Source of the DNA: a virus | Strand: one strand, 5' to 3' | IMG/VR virus record: IMGVR_UViG_3300045988_135886 | DNA: 64,000 nt | Shown: in pieces, positions 40,289-48,584 of the stretch | How positions within the stretch are numbered: position 1 is the first letter of the stretch | How the letters are laid out: each line of letters opens with the position of its first letter | Program-made: the position numbers and the translations under genes | The notes under the pieces: generated by a model | What the model saw: the letters and a program-made list of their open reading frames with translations, nothing else | Told to the model about the DNA's origin: nothing | Databases searched by the model: none

Positions 40289-40831
40289 ATGGCAATTTAT
40301 AAAGGTGAACAATGTCTTGCCGGAGTTGGTAAGAATGCAACTATTAAAATTGGTACTGCTAAAACAGGTACTTCGGCTGCGGTAACTAATTCTGGTACTG
40401 ATACAGATGCTATATTGAATTTTACATTACCTAAAGGTGATCAGGGAGTTGGAATTTCAAGTGTTATCCCTCATTATCTTGCAAGTCCTAAATCGCAGGG
40501 AGTGACCAGATCAACTACTGGATGGGCGACTTCCGCTCAAGTTATGACATCTACAAATAAATATTTGTGGTGTTATCATGAATTTGTTTTGACAAACAAT
40601 AATCATTTGTATACAGATGCAACCGTTATAGGTGTTTATGGAGATAAAGGTGATCCGGGTACAACTGATTACAATGGATTGAAGAATAAACCGGTCGTTA
40701 ATGGAGCTGTAACTGCTTATCAGTCAGATATTATGAAATCTCAGTTGAGAAATGTGACATTCTCTACTGAAGAACCTAAGACAACTGATGGTAAACCTGG
40801 TGATATGTGGGTGGTGTATGGCGATGAGTAA
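40289..40831 (+). CDS. fibre adaptor-like protein
   Basis: AAGGAGG RBS. Short collagen-like GDKGDPG. C-terminus GKPGDMWVVYGDE, which overlaps the start of the next gene. Confidence 0.6.
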   Translation: MAIYKGEQCLAGVGKNATIKIGTAKTGTSAAVTNSGTDTDAILNFTLPKGDQGVGISSVIPHYLASPKSQGVTRSTTGWATSAQVMTSTNKYLWCYHEFVLTNNNHLYTDATVIGVYGDKGDPGTTDYNGLKNKPVVNGAVTAYQSDIMKSQLRNVTFSTEEPKTTDGKPGDMWVVYGDE

Positions 40832-42590
40832 TATTAAAACTGGAGATATATTGAACTTTGATTATACTGGTGCTGTTCAGAGCGTAACATTGAAACCTGG
40901 AAAATATGTGCTTGAGTGTTGGGGTGCTCAAGGTGGAAATGGATGTACGGGAAATTCATATAAAGGCGGTGCCGGAGGATATTCCAAAGGTACTCTCACA
41001 CTAGCCAAAACAGAAACTTTATACATATATGTTGGTGGACAAGGAGTTAGCGCTGCAGCTTCTGGCAATGGAAATATTCGAGAAGGTGGATTCAACGGTG
41101 GTGGATCTGGACGTGATTGGGGTAGTACTGGTAATGGCGGTGGCGGAGGTGGTGGCGCCTCTGATATTCGAATTATAACTGATAACTTCTATGCTCGTGT
41201 TATAGTCGCCGGCGCTGGTGGTGGAGCTTCTGATAATGGAGCAGGCGGTGCTGGCGGCGGCACTTCTGGGATTTCATCATCCTCTTCCGCTGGAACAGCA
41301 ACTGGAGGCAGCGGTTTTGGTCAAGCGGCGGCATCAAGTTACACTTCAGGTGAATGTGGTGGCGGTGGCGGTGGCTGGTATGGAGGTTATGGCGGATCCT
41401 CAGAAAATTATTCTGGCGGTGGTGGATCAGGTTATGTCTACACTTCTTCTTCTGCTTCTAACTACCCTTCTGGATGCCTACTAAATTCTACTTATTATCT
41501 TTCTAATGCTCAAACCATTGCAGGAAATCAAACTTTTAAATCGCCTACTAATACAAATGAAACCGGTCACTCTGGTAACGGCTATTGTCGAATTACTGTT
41601 ATTGAATGCAGTAATACAGCACTATATGTCAGAATAAACAATTCTATGAAAAAAGCTACTGCTTTCTATTTCAAATTAAATAACAACAAAATGTACGGTG
41701 TTGGTTCTGCTAATTATAATGGTTCTGTTATGAATTTTGATTATACTGGTTCGGTTCAAACTGCTACATTGACTCCTGGTACATATACAATAGAATGCTG
41801 GGGTGGCCAAGGAGGAAGTTATAATAGTTACATAGGCGGATATGGTGGTTACTCCAAAGGCACAATTACTCTTACTAAAGCAACTACTGTTTATATATCT
41901 GTTGGTGGAGCTGGATCTTCCTCTTCTACTGCTGCAGGATTCAATGGTGGAGGAACTGGTATTTCTTCTGGTAGAGGTGGTGGAGGAGCTACAGATGTTC
42001 GTATAGGTCAAAATTCTCTATATTCAAGAGTTATCGTAGCCGGAGGTGGCGGCGGAGCTGGTGTAACAAGTGCCAATGCTAATCCTTGTGGTTGTGGTGG
42101 TGGAGAATATGGTGGAGATGGCTATTATAATAACACTACCGGTTCTTATACTACTGGTCAAAATAGATCTGGCGGTAGTGCCTCACAAACTGCAGGTGGT
42201 ATAACTTGGAGTACAGGCACCCAGGCTACTTTTGGTCAAGGCGGAAATGCTTCCGGCTACTCTTGTGGTGGCGGCGGAGGCGGCTGGTATGGAGGCGGCG
42301 GAGCCTATGACAATGATTCTGACTCTGATGGACGTTGGGGTGGAGGAGGATCAGGATATGTTTATACCTCTTCTACAGCTAAAAATTACCCTAACGGATG
42401 CCTACTAAATTCTACTTATTATCTTTCTAATGCTCAAACCATCGCAGGAAACACTTCTTTTACTTCTCCTACAGGATCAGCAGAAACTGGTCACACAGGC
42501 AGTGGATTCTGCAGAATTACAAATTTGAACCCAACACAATATGGATTATACGTAAAAACGAACTCTGGTTGGAAACACATAGATTTATAA
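40818..42590 (+). CDS. glycine-rich domain protein (two tandem Gly-rich modules)
   Basis: Two copies of NFDYTG.VQ..TL.PG.Y..ECWG.QGG...GG.GGYS.GT.TL...(I/V)VAG(A/G)GGG...GGGSGYVYTS...ETGH.G.G.CRIT. Confidence 0.7.
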   Translation: MAMSNIKTGDILNFDYTGAVQSVTLKPGKYVLECWGAQGGNGCTGNSYKGGAGGYSKGTLTLAKTETLYIYVGGQGVSAAASGNGNIREGGFNGGGSGRDWGSTGNGGGGGGGASDIRIITDNFYARVIVAGAGGGASDNGAGGAGGGTSGISSSSSAGTATGGSGFGQAAASSYTSGECGGGGGGWYGGYGGSSENYSGGGGSGYVYTSSSASNYPSGCLLNSTYYLSNAQTIAGNQTFKSPTNTNETGHSGNGYCRITVIECSNTALYVRINNSMKKATAFYFKLNNNKMYGVGSANYNGSVMNFDYTGSVQTATLTPGTYTIECWGGQGGSYNSYIGGYGGYSKGTITLTKATTVYISVGGAGSSSSTAAGFNGGGTGISSGRGGGGATDVRIGQNSLYSRVIVAGGGGGAGVTSANANPCGCGGGEYGGDGYYNNTTGSYTTGQNRSGGSASQTAGGITWSTGTQATFGQGGNASGYSCGGGGGGWYGGGGAYDNDSDSDGRWGGGGSGYVYTSSTAKNYPNGCLLNSTYYLSNAQTIAGNTSFTSPTGSAETGHTGSGFCRITNLNPTQYGLYVKTNSGWKHIDL

Positions 42591-42605
42591 AAGGAGGGCT
42601 TAACT

Positions 42606-42881
42606 ATGCCGATTATATTTCACGGAACAGGTAGTGGCGGCTCTGCTAAAAAACTAAAAACCGCACGAACTATTAATGGTACGAATTTTGATGGTACAGC
42701 TAATATTACTACTGCTAATTGGGGAACAACAAGAACCGTTACTGTAGGAAATACAAGTAAATCTGTAAATGGATCTGGAAACGTAAGTTGGTCGTTAGCT
42801 GAAATAGGTATTCATCTTTCAACAACGGAACCTGCAGCTAGTGACGGAAAGAATGGAGATATTTGGATTACTTATGAATAA
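42606..42881 (+). CDS. fibre adaptor-like protein
   Basis: AAGGAGGG RBS. Fibre repeat KLKTARTINGTNFDGTANIT. C-terminus GKNGDIWITYE parallels the C-terminus of the 40289 gene. Confidence 0.6.
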   Translation: MPIIFHGTGSGGSAKKLKTARTINGTNFDGTANITTANWGTTRTVTVGNTSKSVNGSGNVSWSLAEIGIHLSTTEPAASDGKNGDIWITYE

Positions 42882-42905
42882 AAGACTGAAAGGAAGGTGA
42901 GGCTT

Positions 42906-45347
42906 ATGGCTTGTTCTGGTGGATGTGGAACTTCTTGTTCTACTGACTGCACTCATTCATCATCTGGTGGATGTGGTGGTTCTTGTGGTGGTTCTTGCTC
43001 TACTAACTGTACTGGTGGATGTTCTGGATATTGTGATGGAACTTGTAAGGGAGGTTCAGGAAGTACTTGTTCTGACTGTACTGCCAAATGTGCTAATGAC
43101 TGTACCGGAGCTTGTACAAATGCTTGTGTAACCGGATGCACTGGCTGTGGGAACAACTGTGATGGAGACTGTACAAGCGCCTGTGCTCAAAGGTGCTCTA
43201 ATGATTGCAATGCTGCATGTACTGCTACTTGTGCTTATGATTGCGAACATACTTGCACTGCTTCTTGTGCCAACGACTGCACCAGTTGTGGTGGATCTTG
43301 CTCAAGTAATTGCTCAGGAAATTGTGATTCCGGTTGTTATACTGGTTGTTCCGGTTGTGATTCTACCTGTTCTGGATCCTGCACTGGTACTTGTAATACT
43401 ACTTGCACTACCACTTGTGCCAATGACTGCACTGGCGGGTGCAAAGGAACCTGTACAGGTGGATGTGGTGGTTCTTGTGATAATTCATGCGGCTTTTCTT
43501 GTGAAGCTTCATGTGATAACAATTGTACTGCTGTTTGTTCTGTATCTTCTGTGTATGGTGGAAACTCAGAGAAGAGTGTATTGAATTTTGCTTATACAGG
43601 TAAAGCTCAATCTGTAACCCTTGAGCCTGGAAAATATGTTCTTGAATGCTGGGGAGCACAGGGAGGTTATCGTTCTAATTCTAGTTATGGTGGAAAAGGT
43701 GGCTATTCTACAGGGACTTTAACATTGACTCAAAAAACTACTATATACATATATGTCGGTGGATCTGGAAATTCTGTTACATCAGCATCAAATTCAATCT
43801 ATCCCGGAGGTTTCAATGGTGGTGGATATAGATACAATTATAAAGGTGGTGGTGGCGCTACTGATATTCGTATTGGAAGTGCTTCTTTATATGCCCGTGT
43901 TATCGTTGCAGGTGGCGGTGGTTCTGATGGTAGTCCTAATTATAGTGGTGGGTATGCAGGTGGTGTATCTGGTACTAGGGGAAATTTTGGATGTGGTTCA
44001 TATGGATATGGTGGATCTCAAACTGCTTCATATTCATCTTTAAGTGCTATTAATTCACAAGGCACCACAAATTCTTCTTCTAACTGTGCTGCTGGTTTTG
44101 GTTTCGGTGGTTTTGGATGTTATTACGCTTCAGGTTACGGTGGAGCTGGCGGCGGAGGATGGTACGGTGGACAAGGTACTTATCCTGATGGTTCTGGAGA
44201 TGATGATGGCGGTGGCGGAGGTGGATCTGGTTACGTTTATACTTCCTCTTCTGCTTCTAACTATCCTCAAGGCTGTCTCCTAAATTCATCTTACTATCTT
44301 TCTGATGCTTCTAATTTATCTGGCAATGAATCTTTCAAATCTCCTTCTGGTGCTACAGAAACTGGTCATTCTGATAATGGCTATTGTAGGATTACCTGTT
44401 ATATCAAAAAGAAAACTCTACATTGTAAAATGAACAATGAAATTAAAAAAGCAGCTCCAGTATTTATGAAAATGAACAATAAAATTTATGATGCTGGCGC
44501 TAATGCTGTAATGGATTTTGCTTATACAGGAACAGCTCAAGCTATATCACTTCCAAGAGGAAAATATATTATAGAATGCTGGGGCGCTCAAGGCGGTTCA
44601 TATAGTAGTTATTATGGTGGTGCTGGAGGATATTCTGTCGGAACCATAACTCTAACTAAAAATTCTACGGATTTATATATTTATGTTGGTGGACAACCAG
44701 AAGCTACAACTTCAACAGGTGAAACACCTGGTGGATTTAACGGAGGAGGAAAAGGTTGTTCAAGAACTTATAATTATAGTAGTTATGGACAAGGTGGCGG
44801 CGGTGCAACCGATGTTCGTATAGGAAAAAATGATCTTTATGCTAGAGTTATTGTCGCTGGTGGCGGCGGAGGTTCATCATCAGAAAATTCGCTTACAACA
44901 AAATATGGCGGTGGAACTACTGGTGGTTCTTCTGCTTCTGGATATGGAGCTACACAAACTGCTGCAGGTACAAATGGTTCGTTTGGTCAAGGTGGTTCTG
45001 CAACAACTTCTGGAACTAATTATAATTATGGTTCCGGCGGTGGTGGAGGTGGATGGTATGGTGGTGGTGCATGTTCTGATTATAGTGACAGCACTAACTA
45101 CCAAGGCTATAATGGCGGAGGTTCAGGATATGTTTACACTTCAGCTACTGCTGCTAATTATCCAAGTGGTAATTATGTAAATTCTTCTTACTACCTTACC
45201 GATGCGCAAACTATAGCAGGAAATCAATCATTTAAATCACCTAATGGAACAAATGAAACAGGCCATACCGGAAATGGTTTCTGTCGTATCACACGTAAAT
45301 CAGGAAAAATATTTGTAAAACAAAACGGTTCATGGATCAAAGTATAA
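42906..45347 (+). CDS. CXXX-repeat / glycine-rich chimeric fibre protein
   Basis: ATG at 42906 after an AGGAAGGTGA RBS. The first ~210 aa carry 52 Cys, almost all spaced CxxxC. Two Gly-rich modules follow, as in the 40818 gene. Confidence 0.75.
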   Translation: MACSGGCGTSCSTDCTHSSSGGCGGSCGGSCSTNCTGGCSGYCDGTCKGGSGSTCSDCTAKCANDCTGACTNACVTGCTGCGNNCDGDCTSACAQRCSNDCNAACTATCAYDCEHTCTASCANDCTSCGGSCSSNCSGNCDSGCYTGCSGCDSTCSGSCTGTCNTTCTTTCANDCTGGCKGTCTGGCGGSCDNSCGFSCEASCDNNCTAVCSVSSVYGGNSEKSVLNFAYTGKAQSVTLEPGKYVLECWGAQGGYRSNSSYGGKGGYSTGTLTLTQKTTIYIYVGGSGNSVTSASNSIYPGGFNGGGYRYNYKGGGGATDIRIGSASLYARVIVAGGGGSDGSPNYSGGYAGGVSGTRGNFGCGSYGYGGSQTASYSSLSAINSQGTTNSSSNCAAGFGFGGFGCYYASGYGGAGGGGWYGGQGTYPDGSGDDDGGGGGGSGYVYTSSSASNYPQGCLLNSSYYLSDASNLSGNESFKSPSGATETGHSDNGYCRITCYIKKKTLHCKMNNEIKKAAPVFMKMNNKIYDAGANAVMDFAYTGTAQAISLPRGKYIIECWGAQGGSYSSYYGGAGGYSVGTITLTKNSTDLYIYVGGQPEATTSTGETPGGFNGGGKGCSRTYNYSSYGQGGGGATDVRIGKNDLYARVIVAGGGGGSSSENSLTTKYGGGTTGGSSASGYGATQTAAGTNGSFGQGGSATTSGTNYNYGSGGGGGGWYGGGACSDYSDSTNYQGYNGGGSGYVYTSATAANYPSGNYVNSSYYLTDAQTIAGNQSFKSPNGTNETGHTGNGFCRITRKSGKIFVKQNGSWIKV
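42912..43538 (+). repeat. CXXX-repeat coding region (protein-level period 4)
   Basis: 45 of the 51 Cys-to-Cys intervals are exactly CxxxC. The intervening residues are G/S/T/D/N/A-rich and variable, so this is not a simple DNA tandem repeat. Confidence 0.9.
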
Positions 45348-45385
45348 CACTTTGGTCCATATTTAAATTACAAGGAGGAATTGTT

Positions 45386-45784
45386 ATGAAACTTATTTTG
45401 AAAGACGGACAAGAATTAGTTATTACTCGTGCTAACGATACATATTCATATGAAGGATATAAAGATGGGTTGGGAAATGATATGAACAAAAATATTGTAG
45501 CTACTATTTCTATCTTCAATTCTGATAAATCTTTAAACACTATTAAGGATATGATTACTGATGACAATAGAACAGGTTTTAAAATTATTTATGGGAATAC
45601 CCAGAAAGATTATACTGGAATGAAAATTGAAAGTATTTCAGAAGAAATCTCCAATGAAAGAAGTGTTATTAATATCTCATTAGCTACAGATAAAACCATA
45701 GCTCCTACTGAGACCACTGGAACAACAACAGAAAAAACTAAAGAAGAAACTAAAGAAAAAACGGAAACAGCTTCTGATAAATAA
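45386..45784 (+). CDS. hypothetical protein
   Basis: AAGGAGG RBS before the ATG at 45386. T/E/K-rich tail. Confidence 0.65.
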   Translation: MKLILKDGQELVITRANDTYSYEGYKDGLGNDMNKNIVATISIFNSDKSLNTIKDMITDDNRTGFKIIYGNTQKDYTGMKIESISEEISNERSVINISLATDKTIAPTETTGTTTEKTKEETKEKTETASDK

Positions 45785-45809
45785 TTAAGAATGAAAGGAA
45801 TATAAGGAT

Positions 45810-46148
45810 ATGAGAAAAATAATCGTAAAGATTGATAAAGAAAAAGCTACAGAGCTTGAAAGAGTTAATTTTGAATTAAACTTCGTAAAAGACATTGTAC
45901 AGAGAGTTATTGAATCACATCCAAGCGATTTAGAACTCATCAATGGAGATACTCTTATGTCTTACAATAAACGTGGTGCAGAATTACAGAGAAAGTATGC
46001 TGCTCTTGCAAATGAGATGGAAAAGGAATACATCCCAGAATACCTCGAAGGTCATCAGTATAGTTGGATTATTCCAAATAATTCTGATGAAATGACTATT
46101 ACTATTAAATGTAATTGTGAGATTCCAGAATTAGAGGAAATAGCATGA
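45810..46148 (+). CDS. small protein translationally coupled to the radical SAM gene (candidate accessory/partner protein)
   Basis: ATGA overlap with the 46145 gene. 112 aa, helical and acidic. C-terminus is ...TITIKCNCEIPELEEIA. Confidence 0.6.
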   Translation: MRKIIVKIDKEKATELERVNFELNFVKDIVQRVIESHPSDLELINGDTLMSYNKRGAELQRKYAALANEMEKEYIPEYLEGHQYSWIIPNNSDEMTITIKCNCEIPELEEIA

Positions 46149-48544
46149 AAAGGACAGAACAATATTCGGATCAGATAGCTAGACTTTATCCATCTAAGAA
46201 GGTAAAAACCGATGACGGACAAAGAATATTAACACAGAGTATCACTTTTCAAGTAACTGATGATTGTAACCTTGCATGTAGTTATTGCCTTAGTGGAGAT
46301 ACAAAAATCCGTATGGCAGATTATTCGTTAAAATCAATCAAAGATATTCAGTTGGGAGATAAAGTGTTAGGATTTGAGGAATATCCTCAAAAAGGGAAAC
46401 AGACTAAGGTAATTGTTTCAGACGTAGAGAAATTATATTGTCATGAAGCATCAACTATCGAGTTAACATTTAATGACGGACAAATTCTTAATATTACTCC
46501 TAATCATAAAATTTTAGTTCGAAGAAATTCTTATGATAATAGATATGACTATGTTGAAGCTGGTAAACTAAATATAGGCAGTGAAGTGTATTACCTCCCT
46601 ATTATTGATTCAAAATTACATATAGAAGAGCCGATACATGACATAAATTATAAAATAGGATACCTTATTGCAATGATTAAAGGTGACGGTTCATTAAAAC
46701 ATTATAATCGAAAGTCTGATGGTTGTGATGTATTCAAGTTTAGAATAGCTGTAAAAGATACGGAAATAATCGAACGTTGTAAGAAGTATCTTGATGATTT
46801 AGATATTCCGGTTTATTTGAAACCGTATAATGTATCTAAAAAATACGATATATGGAACAATGCTATTTTTGCAAATACAAGATACGTATATAATAAATTA
46901 AATCAATTAATTAGCGATAATTTCTCTCAAAATACTTCTCTTTCATATTATCAAGGATATCTTGCAGGATTTTACGATGCTGAAGGTCATATTTCAAAAG
47001 AACGTGTTATCAGAATTTGCAATACAGATATTAAGATGATTAATGAGGCTACCTTAGGATTGGATTTGTTAAAGATTCCATACATAATCGAAGTTGATGC
47101 AAAAGGAACTGTGAATAAACCATTAAAATACAATATTCGAATAACTGATAACTTAAATTCTATATCTACATATCGTTTTATCAAATCTGTTCATCCAGCA
47201 ATAAAAAGAAAATCTTTTGATAATTTCCTTAATTATTCTCCATTAAAAAAGACTAAAATTATAGATATAAAAAAAAATCCTATTAGTACTACGGTATATA
47301 ACATAGGAACTTCATCTCGTACTTATATCGCAAACACTATTGCTGTACATAATTGTTACCAAGGACATAAAGGAAAAAATCGAATGTCGTTTGAAACAGC
47401 TAAGAAATTCTTTGATTTAGTTGTATCAGGTGAAAAAGGTTTTAAATCTTATATCAATCCAGAGAAATCTCCTGGATTGGTTGTAGATTTCATTGGAGGA
47501 GAACCTTTTCTTGAGATAGAGCTTATAGATCAAATCTGTACTTATATTATGGATAAACTCATAGAGTTGGATCATCCTTGGGCCATGAAAACTATGTTCT
47601 CTATTTGTTCAAATGGTGTTTTATACAGGGACGAAAAAGTACAAGCATTTCTTCGTAAGTGGGCCAATAGATTATCTTTCTCAGTTACTATTGATGGGAA
47701 TAAAGAATTACATGATTCCTGTCGAGTATTCCCAGATGGCAGTCCAAGTTATGACATAGCTGTCGATGCTGCGTCTGATTGGATGAAACGTGGAAATCAT
47801 ATGGGAAGCAAGATCACAATTGCTCCAGGTAATATCAGCTTTCTATACGATGCTATTAAGCATATGGTCGATCTTGGATATGATGAAATCAATGCCAATT
47901 GTGTATATGAAAAGGGTTGGACACCTGTACATGCAACTGTTCTTTACGATCAAATGAAACGCATATCTGATTATTTCTTGGAACAGAATTTTGATTTTGA
48001 ACGTGATTTCTTCTGTTCCCTTTATAATGAAGATTTCTTTCATCCTAAAGATCCTGATGATTTACAAAGCTGGTGCGGAGGCGTTGGTAATTCAATGATT
48101 GCTTGCGATCCTCAAGGTCGCATATTTCCATGTATCAGATATATGGAATCTTCTCTTAATGGAGAGCAAGAACCGTACTCTATTGGTGATGTAGATAATG
48201 GTATAGGATGCACAGAATGTTATAAATGCAGAATTAATTGTATGGCAAAAATAGATAGAAGGACACAGAGTACAGATGAATGTTTCTATTGTCCTATAGC
48301 TGCAGGATGTTCTAATTGTTCTGGTTATGATTATCAAGTGAATGGTACTCCTGACTCAAAAGCTACTTATATATGTGTTATGCATAAAGCTCGTGCTCTT
48401 GGAAACCTGTATTTCTGGAATAAATATTATAGAAAAAATAATATGAATAAACGAATGAAAAACTATGTGCCAGATGAATGGGCGCTTGAGATTATTTCTG
48501 AATCAGAACTTAATATGTTGAAAGAACTTGAAAGAGAGGATTAA
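46145..48544 (+). CDS. radical SAM/SPASM-domain maturase-like enzyme, interrupted by an intein
   Basis: CNLACSY[C...intein...N]C restores CX3CX2C after splicing. GGEP motif (FIGGEPFLE). C-terminal Cys-rich SPASM-like region (CGGVGNSMIACD...CIRY...CTECYKCRINC...CFYCPIAAGCSNCSG). Confidence 0.75.
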   Translation: MKRTEQYSDQIARLYPSKKVKTDDGQRILTQSITFQVTDDCNLACSYCLSGDTKIRMADYSLKSIKDIQLGDKVLGFEEYPQKGKQTKVIVSDVEKLYCHEASTIELTFNDGQILNITPNHKILVRRNSYDNRYDYVEAGKLNIGSEVYYLPIIDSKLHIEEPIHDINYKIGYLIAMIKGDGSLKHYNRKSDGCDVFKFRIAVKDTEIIERCKKYLDDLDIPVYLKPYNVSKKYDIWNNAIFANTRYVYNKLNQLISDNFSQNTSLSYYQGYLAGFYDAEGHISKERVIRICNTDIKMINEATLGLDLLKIPYIIEVDAKGTVNKPLKYNIRITDNLNSISTYRFIKSVHPAIKRKSFDNFLNYSPLKKTKIIDIKKNPISTTVYNIGTSSRTYIANTIAVHNCYQGHKGKNRMSFETAKKFFDLVVSGEKGFKSYINPEKSPGLVVDFIGGEPFLEIELIDQICTYIMDKLIELDHPWAMKTMFSICSNGVLYRDEKVQAFLRKWANRLSFSVTIDGNKELHDSCRVFPDGSPSYDIAVDAASDWMKRGNHMGSKITIAPGNISFLYDAIKHMVDLGYDEINANCVYEKGWTPVHATVLYDQMKRISDYFLEQNFDFERDFFCSLYNEDFFHPKDPDDLQSWCGGVGNSMIACDPQGRIFPCIRYMESSLNGEQEPYSIGDVDNGIGCTECYKCRINCMAKIDRRTQSTDECFYCPIAAGCSNCSGYDYQVNGTPDSKATYICVMHKARALGNLYFWNKYYRKNNMNKRMKNYVPDEWALEIISESELNMLKELERED
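46286..47353 (+). mobile_element. intein (356 aa) with a LAGLIDADG homing endonuclease domain
   Basis: N-terminal splice block CLSGDTKIRM. Two LAGLIDADG motifs (GYLIAMIKGDGSL and GYLAGFYDAEGHI). C-terminal block TIAVHN followed by the +1 Cys. Confidence 0.85.
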
Positions 48545-48560
48545 AAGCCTCTCTTTTTTA
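48533..48560 (+). terminator. terminator hairpin
   Basis: agagagg-attaaaag-cctctct followed by tttttatt. It overlaps the stop codon. Confidence 0.55.
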
Positions 48561-48584
48561 TTGACTAAAAGGAGGCTTGATATT

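Noticed and set aside
42919-45180. Many 60-145-aa alternative-frame and antisense ORFs inside the Cys-rich/Gly-rich gene (for example 42919-43131, 42953-43156, 43147-43584, 44830-45180). The same occurs inside the 40818 gene.
   Set aside because: They are by-products of low-complexity GGN/TGY-rich repeats. They lack RBSs, their compositions are implausible (poly-V/L/Q), and they are fully nested in a well-supported gene.
27242-45347. A diversity-generating retroelement acting on the fibre genes.
   Set aside because: There is no reverse transcriptase ORF anywhere in the window, and no template/variable repeat pair with adenine-specific differences. The only long DNA identity is the intragenic 47-mer.
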